DNA of 64,000 bases from a bacterium. Lineage in GTDB: Bacteria; Desulfobacterota; DSWW01. This document shows, piece after piece, positions 41,182 to 51,876 of the stretch. Location: contig JBFLZG010000123.1 of assembly GCA_040756235.1 (NCBI GenBank), forward strand, positions 1 to 64,000. The letters are read 5' to 3'. Each line of letters opens with the position of its first letter. The first letter of the stretch is position 1. A program made the translations under genes and the position numbers. Below the pieces are notes generated by a model. The model made no database searches, had not been told where the DNA came from, and saw nothing but the letters and a program-made list of their open reading frames with translations.

Positions 41182-41261
41182 CTCCAATTACCTTCAAGCC
41201 GCCGGGGCGGCCGCGAGCCGTCGTCCCGAGCGCAGCGAGGGGCCTCCCGAGGCACAGGGGG

Positions 41262-41309
41262 GATTCCCGCGCCTGCCCCGGACCTTGATACGGGGTTCGC
41301 GGGAATGAC
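41262..41309. repeat. ATTCCCGCG...CGCGGGAAT palindrome with nested CCCCG-CGGGG module
   Basis: GATTCCCGCG-CCTGCCCCGGACCTTGATACGGGGTT-CGCGGGAATGAC. Confidence 0.6.
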
Positions 41310-41372
41310 GCCGTATTGTGACACAGCCTCGTGCGCGGGAAGGAGGATGGGAGCCTGGATCCGGGAGAGCTT

Positions 41373-42185
41373 TCAATCCGTGTACAGGATGCCGGGAAGC
41401 ACTTCCACCTTCACGCCTCGGACGCCCGGGACGTCATAGGCCGCTTTCTCCAGCTCCTTGACCATTTCCATCTCCGCGGACGCGGTGATCTTCGTCTCCA
41501 GCAGCACCATCCCGTCGCGGGCCGTCACCCGGATCTCGGGCGTCAGGTGGATGAGCGAGCACTTGACCTCGGCGGCAAGGGCAAGGTCCTCCAGGGCTCG
41601 ACGGGATTCCGGGGTGGCAGCGAAATGCGGGAAGGAGACGGTGTGGGCGATGATATCGGCCGCGTCGCCCACTGTGATCTTGCGGATGTGCAGGACCATG
41701 TCGTAGAGGCTCGGGTCCGTGGTGTCGATCCCGTACAGGTGCTGGCTCCACTTCCTCCTCTGATTGTCGATCTTGGCGAGATAGCGCAGTGCCTCTTTCC
41801 TCGAGACCCGATCCCGCTCCATGACGAGCTTCACGCGGTCCTCCTGGTCCGCGATGATGCGGACCTTGAGCACGTGCGAGACGCCCTTGACGAAAAAGTG
41901 ACCGGCCAGGCCGTGGTAGACCACGTTGTCCTTGCACAGGTGCCTGAGGATCGCGGCCTGGATGTGGGCGATGTACTTTTCCTTCTCGGGTGTGAAGCGG
42001 TCCAGGAAGGAGGGCGCGGTCTGAATGGCCCTGAGGAGCTTGATCTCGGGAATGTCGTATTCCTCGGACGCCTCGCTGAGCACGTCGTCGCGCGCGATGC
42101 ATTCGTATCCCAGCCGCTTGGCGACCTTCTCCGCGACCTCCTTGCCCCAGCTGTACGAGCCTCTGGATATCGTGATGATGGACAT
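41373..42185 (-). CDS. Cytidylate kinase-like family protein with C-terminal BON-like region
   Basis: IITISRGSYSWG-EVA-LGY, NVVYHG, VLKVRIIA, DPSLYDMVL, VPGVRGV. Confidence 0.8.
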   Translation of the reverse strand: MSIITISRGSYSWGKEVAEKVAKRLGYECIARDDVLSEASEEYDIPEIKLLRAIQTAPSFLDRFTPEKEKYIAHIQAAILRHLCKDNVVYHGLAGHFFVKGVSHVLKVRIIADQEDRVKLVMERDRVSRKEALRYLAKIDNQRRKWSQHLYGIDTTDPSLYDMVLHIRKITVGDAADIIAHTVSFPHFAATPESRRALEDLALAAEVKCSLIHLTPEIRVTARDGMVLLETKITASAEMEMVKELEKAAYDVPGVRGVKVEVLPGILYTD

Positions 42186-42297
42186 GGCATCCCCCTTCGG
42201 TCGGTGTCGTTCTTCCCCAGTTGCATTCAGACGGCGCAGCCCGGCAGCGTAGCGACATCGCGCACGCCCCCCGCGCCTTGCGCCGCATGCCCGAATC

Positions 42298-43068
42298 TTA
42301 CCAGCATGCCGGGCCCTTTTTCGAGCCGTCGCGCTCCTGTTCGGAACCCTGCTCGGACAGCAGAGTACCGATTGCCTCCAGTGCGGCTTTCTCGAGCGCT
42401 ATCCCGAAAACCTCCTCGAAACAGGTCCTGGCGCGGGACCGGGCATCGGCCATCGGGATCTCCTGGCGGGCCTCGTCTTCGAGGGCCGTCATCCCCACGT
42501 TCCGCAGCCCGCAGGGATGAATCCACGAAAACGGCTCGAGGAGCGTGCTCTTCACGTTCAGTGCCAGGCCATGGAAGGCGATGCCGTAGCGGACGGCGAT
42601 GCCGACGCTCCCGAGCTTCCTCGGGCCGACCCAGACGCCCCGGTTCACCTCACTGCGGGACGCCGTTACCCCGAAGCCGGCTGCGGTCCGCATCATCACT
42701 TCCTCGAGCTTCTCCACGTACTCGAGCACGCCAAGGCCGGCCGAAGCCAGATGGATGACCGGATAGGCCACGAGCTGTCCCGGCCCGTGGAAGGTGATGT
42801 TCCCGCCTCGCTCGATGTGGATGACCGGGATCCCATGCGTCTCCAGCGCTTCCTCCGACACCCTCAGGTTCTCGCGCCCCCCGCGCCGGCCGAGCGTGAA
42901 GACGGCCGGGTGCTCCAGGAACAGCACGACCTGGGCGTCCATCCGCCCCGTCCTGTGCGCCTCGACGAGCCGGTGCTGGAGGTCCCAGGCGCGGTCGTAC
43001 TCCATCAAAGGGATGTCGATCCAGAGCCAGCGTCTTGCCCCGGCAGTGCCCGTTGTTCGTCGCTCCAT
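42298..43068 (-). CDS. lipB: Lipoyl(octanoyl) transferase
   Basis: LEHPAVFTLG, RGGNITFHGPGQLVAYP, KLGSVG, HGLALNV, PCG. Confidence 0.92.
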   Translation of the reverse strand: MERRTTGTAGARRWLWIDIPLMEYDRAWDLQHRLVEAHRTGRMDAQVVLFLEHPAVFTLGRRGGRENLRVSEEALETHGIPVIHIERGGNITFHGPGQLVAYPVIHLASAGLGVLEYVEKLEEVMMRTAAGFGVTASRSEVNRGVWVGPRKLGSVGIAVRYGIAFHGLALNVKSTLLEPFSWIHPCGLRNVGMTALEDEARQEIPMADARSRARTCFEEVFGIALEKAALEAIGTLLSEQGSEQERDGSKKGPACW

Positions 43069-43196
43069 GGGGCGGTCCTTTCATACCGTGACGCCGGTCA
43101 GGCAGGCAGGGCCGTGCGGACTCGGTCGTGCAGGCTCCACTATATACGCGCCCGAAATCGATTCACAGGGAGAGCGTGCACGCGCCTCCGGGACCT

Positions 43197-43225
43197 GTAG
43201 GGGCAGGCCTGCAACCTGCCCCTAC
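43197..43225. repeat. GTAG REP-like palindrome
   Basis: GTAGGGGCAGGCCTGCAACCTGCCCCTAC. Confidence 0.8.
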
Positions 43226-43530
43226 CCTGGGGGCTTTGCAGGGGCGCGCTGCCCGCTGCACCCGTCCCGGCCGAAAGCACGTCATAAGACCTAAAGTAAA
43301 TAGTCATTGATTCATCATAAGTGTCGCTGAACACAGCGTATATTGTGCAATGACCAACTCAGCAGGCAGGGCTTGCTCGCAGCGACGTCTGCGCCGAAAT
43401 CCGAATCGTTTCACCGGGAATCCAAGAAAGACGAGATCCGGATCGGGGGTCTTGATTCACATCCTGCAGCGGGAATCGGGACCCGTCAGGGTGGCGGAAG
43501 CTCCCCCGGCCCGGCGCAGGAGGCTCTCAC

Positions 43531-44901
43531 GTGAAATACGATGCGATCATCATCGGCTCCGGACAGGCCGGGAATCCGCTCTCCCACGGGCTGGCCGACC
43601 GCGGCTGGACCGTGGCCCTGATCGAGCGGAAGGATCTGGGGGGCACCTGCGTCAACACCGGGTGCACGCCTACAAAGGCCATGATCCACCGCGCGCAGGT
43701 GGCCCATTACGCGCGCCACGCCGGCCGATGGGGCGTCCGGGCAGTCGGCGTTCAGGTGGATCTGGCGCAGATCGTTTCCCAAAAAGAGGCGCTCGTCCGG
43801 AGGTTCCGCAGCGGCCAACAGCAACTCGTGGAGCGGCGCCCCAACCTGCATCTCTACCGGGAGCCGGCGCGATTCGTCGGCCCGCAGCGCATCGAGGCAG
43901 GCCCTCACGTGCTCGAGAGCGAGAGGATCTTCGTCGACACGGGGACGCGACCGCGCATCCCGGACATTCCGGGCCTGGATGCCGTACCCTGTTTGACCAA
44001 CGAGAGCCTGATGCAGGAAACCGAGGTACCCCGCCACCTGCTCGTCCTCGGGGCCGGTTACGTCGGCCTTGAATTCGCGCAGATGTTTCTCCGCTTCGGC
44101 AGCCGTGTGACGGTGATCGAAGGCAGCAGCCAGATCCTGTCGAGAGAGGACCGGGAAGTCGCTGCGGAGCTGCAAAAGGCACTCGAAGCGGAAGGAATCG
44201 ATTTCCGTCTGGGCGTCCGCGTCAGCCGTGCGGAAAGGACCGACGGCGGCATCGCGCTGACCCTGGAACGGAGCGGCGATTCCGGAACCGTCGCCGGCTC
44301 CCACCTTCTCGTGGCCGTGGGGCGTCGCCCCAATACCGATGATCTGCACCTGGAGAAGGCCGGGGTCGAGACCGACTCGCATGGCTTCATCAAGGTGAAC
44401 GCTCGCTTGGAGACGACTGCGCCCGGGATATGGGCCCTGGGCGACGTGAAGGGAGGACCTGCTTTCACCCATATCTCCTACAACGACTACCAGATCGTCT
44501 ACGGCAACCTGGTGGAAGGCGCAAACCGCTCGATCGACGGCAGGATCGTCCCCTACTGTGTCTTCACCGATCCGCAATTGGGCGGCATCGGCATGACCGA
44601 GAAAGAGGCCCGGGCGAACGGGTACCGGCTGAAGATCGGGGAGGTTCCGATGAGCCGCGTGGCGCGGGCTCTGGAACGGGACGAGACTGCGGGACTCATG
44701 AAGATCATCGTGAATCAGGCGGACGACCGCATCCTGGGGGCCTCCATTCTCTCCTCCGAGGGAGGCGAGCTGGTCCAGATCCTCGGCTTCATCATGGCGG
44801 CCGGTCTTCCCTACTCTTTTCTCAAAGGAGCTGTGTACATCCACCCGACTCTGGCCGAGGGTTTGTTTGCTCTGATGGAGGACGTGAAGCCGGCCGATTG
44901 A
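43531..44901 (+). CDS. Class I pyridine nucleotide-disulfide oxidoreductase (E3/RclA-like)
   Basis: GSGQAG, GGTCVNTGCTPTK, GAGYVGLE, WALGD, HPTLAE. Confidence 0.9.
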   Translation: MKYDAIIIGSGQAGNPLSHGLADRGWTVALIERKDLGGTCVNTGCTPTKAMIHRAQVAHYARHAGRWGVRAVGVQVDLAQIVSQKEALVRRFRSGQQQLVERRPNLHLYREPARFVGPQRIEAGPHVLESERIFVDTGTRPRIPDIPGLDAVPCLTNESLMQETEVPRHLLVLGAGYVGLEFAQMFLRFGSRVTVIEGSSQILSREDREVAAELQKALEAEGIDFRLGVRVSRAERTDGGIALTLERSGDSGTVAGSHLLVAVGRRPNTDDLHLEKAGVETDSHGFIKVNARLETTAPGIWALGDVKGGPAFTHISYNDYQIVYGNLVEGANRSIDGRIVPYCVFTDPQLGGIGMTEKEARANGYRLKIGEVPMSRVARALERDETAGLMKIIVNQADDRILGASILSSEGGELVQILGFIMAAGLPYSFLKGAVYIHPTLAEGLFALMEDVKPAD

Positions 44902-44963
44902 GGAGCCGGATTCCTGACAGGCTCCACGGGCAAGCTGTCGTCGCCCAAGCGAGGAGGAAGAAC

Positions 44964-45686
44964 ATGATCGTCTTGCGGAGCCCGGACGAGATCTACCAGG
45001 CACAGGGCCGGATCGAGAACGGAACCTTTCACGGGCGCTGGCACTTCTCGTTCGACACGTATCAGGATCCCGCATTTGTTCAGTTCGGCACCCTGCGCGT
45101 CTTCAACGACGACACCCTCTCTCCGGGCGCGGTCTGGCCGCTTCACCCGCACCGCGAGATCGAGGTCGTGACGTATTGTGCCCGGGGAGAATTCCGCCAC
45201 GCGGACGAGCACGGCGCGGGCGGCGTGCTGCAGCAAGGCTGGGTGCAGCACACGACCGTGGGCAAAGGGATGTTCCACTCCGAGATCAACAACCGTCCGG
45301 ACCAGCCGATGCGATTCATTCAGATGTGGTTCCTTCCCGAGCAGCGCGGCCTCGCGCCCGCGGTCCAGCAGAAACGCGTCGAGCGCGAAGAACGCACGGA
45401 CCGGCCGCTTCTGCTGGTTTCAAACAGCGGCGACGAGGCCTTGCCGATCCGCTCGGAAGCGCAGGTCTATGCCTGCTATCTCCGCGCGGGTCGCGGAACC
45501 CGCTTCTCGCCGCGCGACCGCTGGGGCGTCTACTTGTACCTGCTCGAGGGCGGCCCGGTCCACGTGAACGCACAGAGGGTGGACGCACTCGGCGCTGCCA
45601 TGGTGACTGAAGAACGAGAGGTCGACATGAGCGCGCAGTCGGATGCCGAGCTCTTGCTGGTGCATGTTCGTCACCTGCCGGGATAG
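44964..45686 (+). CDS. Pirin family protein
   Basis: HFSF, LRVFNDD, HPHREIE, HSE, QMWFLP. Confidence 0.88.
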   Translation: MIVLRSPDEIYQAQGRIENGTFHGRWHFSFDTYQDPAFVQFGTLRVFNDDTLSPGAVWPLHPHREIEVVTYCARGEFRHADEHGAGGVLQQGWVQHTTVGKGMFHSEINNRPDQPMRFIQMWFLPEQRGLAPAVQQKRVEREERTDRPLLLVSNSGDEALPIRSEAQVYACYLRAGRGTRFSPRDRWGVYLYLLEGGPVHVNAQRVDALGAAMVTEEREVDMSAQSDAELLLVHVRHLPG

Positions 45687-47116
45687 GGCATCGGGTCCAC
45701 CCGCTGGCGCGCCTTCTCGCAGGCGGCTTCCCAGCGCTTGGGCGTCGCCTCTCTCCAGGCTTGCGCCCTGCCCGCCGAGGGGCCGCCTTCCGGTCCGATG
45801 CCGCTCGCGATACCGGCCGCGGCGCCCGTTGCCGTGGCAGCACCTTCCCGCAGAGTGCCGGCCGCTGTTTCTCCAAGCCCTGAGGCGGCGGCACCCAGAT
45901 CGGCCGTGGCGATCCCCTGGGTGGTCTTGAGGAGCCCTGAGGCCGCAGTGCCCAACATGCCTGCCAGGCCCTGGCCGAGGGTCCTCCCGGTCTTCACGGC
46001 AGTCCCGGCCAGCACGTTCGGATCGGAGACCCTGCCCGCCACGCTCGCAAGTCCGTTCTGCAGGAGCTTTGCCACCACGTTGGAAGAGTCGACGACCGGG
46101 CTGCTTGGAGTACCGCCTACGGGAAGGGCAAAGGACGTTCCCCCGTTCGTCTGCACACGGACGAGCAGACGCAGCCGGTCGGGCGCAACGGACCCCTCCG
46201 CGGACAGGTCCAAGGCGTTGCCTCCGAGGAGCTGCGGCGCTCCCCTGGGCACGGCCGGGCCGAGGGCGCCGAGCTCCAGCCCCGCCAGCTGAAGGGAACC
46301 GTTCAGGGCCGGCACCTCGTTTCCGATCACCCCCATTCGGACGTACAGACCGACCAACGCATCCTGCCACGGCTCCTGGCCCATGCGGGCCGTCAGAGTC
46401 GCCTTTGCCGGCAGACTGGCCTCCTTTGCCCGACCGGGCGCATAGGAGAGGCCGGTCGCGAGCACGTCCACGTCCTTCAGCACCTTCTCGAGCTTCAGCA
46501 CAGGGTCCACATACGAGAGCGTCAGCTCCTCGATCGAGAGCCTCTTCACCTCGAGCTGCAATCCGGCCGACTCTGCCGCAACCGGCCCCGGCACCGCTCC
46601 GGGACGGGCTTGCCGGGACGGCCGCGCCCCCGGAGAACCGGATGCGGCCCGGCCGGGACCGCCGGCCGGCGGCTCCTGCCGGCCGGGGCCGTTCCCCTGG
46701 TCCGCGCCCGTCGCGGCTCGCTCCAGGAGAGCCTCCAGATTCACCTTGCCGGCAGCGTTCCTCACGATCCGGATCCGAGCCTGCCGGATCGAGATCTCAC
46801 GGACGATCTTGACGGGCCTTCGTAACGAGAGGAGATCCAGCCTGGCGCGCATCTCCGGAATCACGAGTGCCTCACCCCCGCCGAACCCGTCGGGATTCGC
46901 CACGCGTGCCTCGGTGACCACGATCGACCCCCGGAGCAATCCGACCCTGATCCGCCCCGCACCCGCGTCGGTTCCCGTGATCTCCGGAAGGCTCTCGTTC
47001 ACGAGACGGGTGAGGACTCTGGAGAGCGCAAGATGGACGGCGAGGCCCGCGCAGAGCAGCAGAATCAACAGGATGATCGGGAGACGCGCAAGGCCCTTTC
47101 TGCCAGCCACCGTCAT
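45671..47116 (-). CDS. AsmA/DUF748-like envelope protein
   Basis: N-term TM, VANPDGF, LDLLSL-IVREISI, LEVKRLSIE. Confidence 0.6.
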   Translation of the reverse strand: MTVAGRKGLARLPIILLILLLCAGLAVHLALSRVLTRLVNESLPEITGTDAGAGRIRVGLLRGSIVVTEARVANPDGFGGGEALVIPEMRARLDLLSLRRPVKIVREISIRQARIRIVRNAAGKVNLEALLERAATGADQGNGPGRQEPPAGGPGRAASGSPGARPSRQARPGAVPGPVAAESAGLQLEVKRLSIEELTLSYVDPVLKLEKVLKDVDVLATGLSYAPGRAKEASLPAKATLTARMGQEPWQDALVGLYVRMGVIGNEVPALNGSLQLAGLELGALGPAVPRGAPQLLGGNALDLSAEGSVAPDRLRLLVRVQTNGGTSFALPVGGTPSSPVVDSSNVVAKLLQNGLASVAGRVSDPNVLAGTAVKTGRTLGQGLAGMLGTAASGLLKTTQGIATADLGAAASGLGETAAGTLREGAATATGAAAGIASGIGPEGGPSAGRAQAWREATPKRWEAACEKARQRVDPMPYPGR

Positions 47117-47542
47117 GGGACCTCCCTGGCAAAGCAGGCGGGCGGCAGTTTCGCACGCGCCTCTTCCCGGTTACGAAAACGTCGATCGCCCGTATTCGCG
47201 CCCGCCCCGTTCTTTCCCGCAAGCAACCTACAGGCCAGGCGGGGCCGGGTCAAGGATCTCAGCCCGACAAGGAAAGGGTCTTCAGGAGGTGTGCTGGAGC
47301 TTTACAGCGATCGATGGCAGCATAGTACGTGACCGCCCGTGAGCAGTCGGTAGTCGGTAGGGTGGACAAAGCCGAAGGCGTGTCCACCGACCACGGTTGC
47401 AGATCGTGGGTCTGGCGATCCCCTGGCAATCGGAGGTTGCCACGGAGCTTCGCTCCTCGCAATCTCCGAGCTTGCTGTCATTCGCCACGCCGCTACTGTG
47501 CGAAGGACCCCGCGGAATACGTCACGAACCATGGAGGTGACC

Positions 47543-48151
47543 ATGGCACAGCCACTCGTGCTGGAAGTCTTCTCCGACTATGTCTGACCCTGGTGCTACT
47601 TCAGTACCGGGCGTATTGAAAAGCTGAGACAGGAAGAGGCCGTCACCGTGAAGTGGGTCGCCTTTCCGCTGCACCCCGAGACGCCCGAGGAGGGCCAGTC
47701 GCTGGAGGAGCTGTTCCGGGGCCGACCCGTGGACATCCCCTCCATGATGGCCCGACTGAAGCAGGCTGCGGCCGACGCGGGCCTTCCCATCCGCGAACGC
47801 GGGCGCGTGTACAACAGCAGAAAGGCGACGGAGCTGTCGAAATGGGCCGAAGAACGAGGGGTGGGCGAGGCCTATCACGACGCCGTCTTTCGAGCTTATT
47901 TCGCGGAAGGTCTGAACATCGCCGACGTACAGGTCCTCACGGCGATCTGCTCCGGTCTCGGTCTGCACCCGGCCGAGGCGGAGCGGGTGCTGCTCCAGGG
48001 TTCCTGCGCGCCGGCCGTCGACCGCGACTGGGACTACGCGCGCAGGCTCGGCGTCACGGCCGTCCCCACGTTCCTGGCCGCGGGCCGTGCCGTCGTGGGC
48101 GCTCAGCCGTACGAGATCCTGCAAAAGCTGGTTCGACTTGCCGGAGCGTGA
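47543..48151 (+). CDS. DsbA/FrnE-like thioredoxin-fold selenoprotein (Sec at codon 15)
   Basis: GGAGG-ATG, MAQPLVLEVFSDYV-UGA-PWCY in frame with ORF 47648..48151 (FPLHPETP, NSRKA, GVTAVPTF, VVGAQPYE). Confidence 0.85.
47585..47620 (+). promoter_or_regulatory. UGA plus candidate bacterial SECIS hairpin
   Basis: TTCAGTAC-CGGGC-GTATTGAA stem-loop at 47600-47620, loop 20 nt after UGA. Confidence 0.65.
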
Positions 48152-48302
48152 TCGGAGCGCGGCCTCACCCGGCTGCAGCCGCATAGCGTCGGCGGCCGAG
48201 ATGCGGCAGGGTGGCCGACGAGGCCGCATGAGAAGAGCCGTCCTGCGTTTCTCAGCCCGGAACGATTTCTTCCTTGACCCATGCGCGCCGATCGTGGTAA
48301 AT

Positions 48303-48335
48303 AACTGACGTCCGTTTGGCAAACAGACGTTCGTT
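48303..48335. promoter_or_regulatory. Two tandem palindromic operator-like sites (putative TetR)
   Basis: AACTGACGTCCGTT (48303-48316) and AACAGACGTTCGTT (48322-48335); third copy at 51879-51892. Confidence 0.55.
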
Positions 48336-48368
48336 CATAGATGCGGGCACCGCGCACGGGAGGGAACG

Positions 48369-50030
48369 ATGCTGGAGAAGAGGCTGGCGGAAAACCGATG
48401 GTACGCGTCCACGGTGCAGCAGCTCTTCCGCGAGACCTGCCGGGATCGTCCGGACAAGACGGCCATCGTGTTCGAAGACCGGCGGATTTCCTTTGCGGAG
48501 CTTCAGTGGAACGTCGACCGGTGTTCCTGGGCCCTCCTGAACCTGGGGGTCCGGGCGGGCGATCACGTGGCCGTGATTCCCACGCCCAGCCCGGAATTCA
48601 GCTGTCTGTATTTCGGGGCGTTGCAGATCGGCGCCGTAGTGAATCCCTTGAACCTCCTGTGGGGTACGATCGAGTACGCCGGGATCCTCGAGCGCAACGA
48701 TCCCAGGATCATCGTGACGATCGATCGCCACGCAGGCAGAGACTACGTCCGACTGCTGCGCGATTCGATCCCGGACTTGGAGGCCCGCGGCCAGGGCGCT
48801 TCCTCGGCGAGGATCCCCACCCTGACCCATCTGGTCACCTTGAGCCGACAAGGGCACCGCTACGCGGGGTGCGTGGACTATGACGACCTCCTCGGCAGCG
48901 GCAAGGGATTCCGCGCCGCCGAGATCGCCGAGCATGCGGGAAGGGCCACGGGTACGGATCTTCACTCGATCATGCAGACCTCCGGGTCCACCGGCCTGTC
49001 CAAGAGCGTCCTCCTGCAGCATCGCTCCGTGCTGGCCGCGGTTCACTTCGCCGCCAAGGCGGTGAACTTCAGGGAGGAAGACACCTACATCAACCTGGGC
49101 CCCTTCTACCACAACACCGGAATCTTCGCCTTGAACCTGAATCTGGCTCTGGCCGGCACGACGCTGTACCTGCTCGAGACGTTCGATCCGATCAGGGCGG
49201 TCGAATGGATCGATCGGGAGCAGATCACCACCACCTTCGGGTTCGACGCCCACTGGCAGGCCATGAGGCGCGTGCTCGACTCCGGCCGTCACCGCTTTGC
49301 CATCAACAAGGCCATCTGCGCGGTGCAGCCGCAGACGTTCGAGATGATCCATAACGAGATGTGCAAGGGCAAGGATGCCGCGGTCGCCCAGATCTACGCG
49401 CAAACGGAGAACGGGCCCGGCGTCTCCATGGTCGAGCCGGATTGCCTCGTCTACGAGCTCAGGAAGTACAGCAACGGCAGGCCCATGGCCGGCGTCGAAG
49501 TCGTCATCAAGGACATCGAAGGCGGCGCGAAGCTCCCGCCCCACAAGCCGGGTGAAATCTGCTATCGCGGCCCCTGCCTGTTCAAGGGCTACTACAAACA
49601 GGAGGAGGAGACGAAGCGCTCCTTCGACGCCGAAGGCTACTTTCACAGCGGCGATTACGGAACGTTCGAAAACGGCTACGTCCATTTCCTCGGACGCCTG
49701 GGAGGCGTGGTGAAATCGGGCGGGGAGAACGTGTCGACCACGTACGTCTCTGCCCTGCTCCTGAAGCTCTTACCCGACGAATTCGAGGACGTCCAGACGG
49801 TGGGGGTGCCCGATCCCTATTGGGGAACCCGCATCGTTTCCTTCGTGCGCATGAAGGCAGGCAAGCCGCTCCGGCCGCTCGAGCAGATCAAGGCCGCATG
49901 CAAGGGGAGAATGGCGCAGTACGAGATCCCGAAAGAGGTTTTCGAGTGGCACGGTCCGTGGCCGGTGACCTCCATCGGGAAGCTGGACCTGGGGGCGCTG
50001 CAGGCCGCCGCCCGGACGCCGGCTTCCTGA
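48369..50030 (+). CDS. Acyl-CoA synthetase (AMP-binding)
   Basis: QTSGSTGLSK, IYAQTE, YFHSGD, KSGGENV, TSIGK. Confidence 0.88.
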   Translation: MLEKRLAENRWYASTVQQLFRETCRDRPDKTAIVFEDRRISFAELQWNVDRCSWALLNLGVRAGDHVAVIPTPSPEFSCLYFGALQIGAVVNPLNLLWGTIEYAGILERNDPRIIVTIDRHAGRDYVRLLRDSIPDLEARGQGASSARIPTLTHLVTLSRQGHRYAGCVDYDDLLGSGKGFRAAEIAEHAGRATGTDLHSIMQTSGSTGLSKSVLLQHRSVLAAVHFAAKAVNFREEDTYINLGPFYHNTGIFALNLNLALAGTTLYLLETFDPIRAVEWIDREQITTTFGFDAHWQAMRRVLDSGRHRFAINKAICAVQPQTFEMIHNEMCKGKDAAVAQIYAQTENGPGVSMVEPDCLVYELRKYSNGRPMAGVEVVIKDIEGGAKLPPHKPGEICYRGPCLFKGYYKQEEETKRSFDAEGYFHSGDYGTFENGYVHFLGRLGGVVKSGGENVSTTYVSALLLKLLPDEFEDVQTVGVPDPYWGTRIVSFVRMKAGKPLRPLEQIKAACKGRMAQYEIPKEVFEWHGPWPVTSIGKLDLGALQAAARTPAS

Positions 50031-50136
50031 CCGGGAATCCCGCAGACGGGACGCCCGCTTGAGGGAGCACCCGTCCTCGGACCCGTCGTACAGGCTTTCT
50101 TCGGCAACGATTTACCCGCAAGAGGAGGGGCAACAG

Positions 50137-50934
50137 ATGGCAAGCTACCGGATCCACGTTCTCAAGGTGGGAGAATTGACCGTGCCCTTGACCATGCTCA
50201 GCCTGGCAGGCGATCTCAATTCGATGGTGACCGGCCCGGTCTTCATCTGGTACATCGAGGGGGGAGACAAGAAGATCCTGATGGATGCCGGCGTGGCCAG
50301 GCCGGACGCCAAGGGGCTGGTGCACGGGTTCCCGGTTTCGGGCGGAGGAGAAGAAGGGGTGTGCTCGGCTCTGGCCTCGGTCGGGTCCGCGCCGGAGGAG
50401 ATCGACATTCTCGTGCTGAGCCATCTTCACATCGACCACTGTTCCGAGGTCAGGCTGTTCAAGAACGCGCGCATCCTGGTGCAGAAACGCGAATGGCAGA
50501 CCGCGTTCAATCCGATCCCGACGATGCGCGCGATCTACGACAGCTCCTATTTCCTGCCCCTCGAGCGCATGGACCTGGCCCTGATCGACGGAGATTGCGA
50601 CGTTGCAGACGGCGTGCGGGCGCTGCTCGCACCCGGGCACACGCAGGGGAACCAGGGGCTGGCGATCTCCACGGCCAAGGGGACGGTCGTCCTGGCCGGA
50701 GACGCCTGCTACTCGAACCTCAACCTGGACTCCACGTTGACCGAGTTCGAGGACATGAAGGGGAAGCGGTTTCAATTTCCGGCCCGTCCCGACCTGCCCT
50801 TCCGCCCGCAGCCGGCCCATGTCGATCTGACGGAATGGTTCGACAGCATGTGGAAGCTGGTCGCCGCAGCCTCGAGCCGGGCCCTGGTGTTTCCCGGGCA
50901 CGAGGTCAGCCTGGTCGGGAAGGTGATCGGCTAG
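50137..50934 (+). CDS. N-acyl homoserine lactonase-like metallo-beta-lactamase
   Basis: SHLHIDH, PGHTQG, LAGDACY, FPGHE. Confidence 0.85.
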   Translation: MASYRIHVLKVGELTVPLTMLSLAGDLNSMVTGPVFIWYIEGGDKKILMDAGVARPDAKGLVHGFPVSGGGEEGVCSALASVGSAPEEIDILVLSHLHIDHCSEVRLFKNARILVQKREWQTAFNPIPTMRAIYDSSYFLPLERMDLALIDGDCDVADGVRALLAPGHTQGNQGLAISTAKGTVVLAGDACYSNLNLDSTLTEFEDMKGKRFQFPARPDLPFRPQPAHVDLTEWFDSMWKLVAAASSRALVFPGHEVSLVGKVIG

Positions 50935-51090
50935 CCTGCCGGCCGGCCCCGGGTGCAGCGCCGGCTCGCTTCCGCCCCGCGGCACCGCGGCGCAGGCGCC
51001 CGGAGAACGCCGCGCATCGCACCGCAACCGGGAGCGGAGGCCGGCCGAACGCTTCGGCCACCTCGAACATGTAGAACAAGGGAACCAGGC

Positions 51091-51792
51091 ATGAAAGCCG
51101 TCGACACCAAGATCAAGAACCTCGACCTCGTGGCGGAAAAGCGCGAGCACATCGTGAACGCGGCGCTCGGGCTGTTTCTCAAGAAAGGTTTTTCCGCGAC
51201 CACCATGCGCGAAATCAGTCATGCAACCGGAATCAACCTGGCCAGCCTGTACGACTACGTGGGCAGCAAGCAGGGCATCCTCACGCTCATGTACGGGCAG
51301 ATGATGACTCAGTGGCGTGAGCGCGTCCGCGGCAAGATCGCATCCGCACCGGGTCCTGCAGGCGGCGCCGAGCAGACGCGCATGAGACGGGAGGCTCTTC
51401 GGACCTATCTCTCCTACGCCGTCTCCGAGACATGGGAAAGATATGCGCCGCTGGTTCGCGTCCTCTATCGCGAGTCGTTCCTGCTGGAAAGGGACGTCCT
51501 GACCGCGGTCATGGGGTCCGAATCCGAATTCGTCGATGATGTGGCCGCCAGAATGAAGGAGGTGGGCGGGGTCGGCGAGGCGGACGCGGAACGGGTCGAT
51601 ATCCTCGCCAACCTGTTCGTTTACATGCTGGGCCTGATGTCCAACCGCTACTGGATCATGAAGAAGTTCGACCGCCAATTGGTGATCGACGTGACGGTCG
51701 AGCTGTTCCTGTCTGCGCTCGAATCGTTCCGATCCAAGCCTGTGAGGAACGGCCCTCGACCTGTCCAGAAGGCGCGCAGGTCGAAAGCCTGA
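51091..51792 (+). CDS. TetR/AcrR family regulator
   Basis: IVNAALGLF-KGFSATTMREIS-ASLYDY-SK. Confidence 0.9.
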   Translation: MKAVDTKIKNLDLVAEKREHIVNAALGLFLKKGFSATTMREISHATGINLASLYDYVGSKQGILTLMYGQMMTQWRERVRGKIASAPGPAGGAEQTRMRREALRTYLSYAVSETWERYAPLVRVLYRESFLLERDVLTAVMGSESEFVDDVAARMKEVGGVGEADAERVDILANLFVYMLGLMSNRYWIMKKFDRQLVIDVTVELFLSALESFRSKPVRNGPRPVQKARRSKA

Positions 51793-51876
51793 CCACCCCC
51801 GGGCCCGAACGCGGGCCGAGGATGATCCCATACCGAGGAGGGATGAGGAAGGAGAAGGTTTCGCGAAGGGGGGTGG

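Noticed and set aside
43531..44901. Mercuric reductase MerA
   Set aside because: No C-terminal Cys-Cys pair, no N-terminal HMA domain and no mer genes nearby.
47648..48151. 167-aa ORF as the full gene, or a nonsense pseudogene
   Set aside because: Upstream RBS, ATG, motif-positioned UGA and hairpin are better explained by selenocysteine readthrough.
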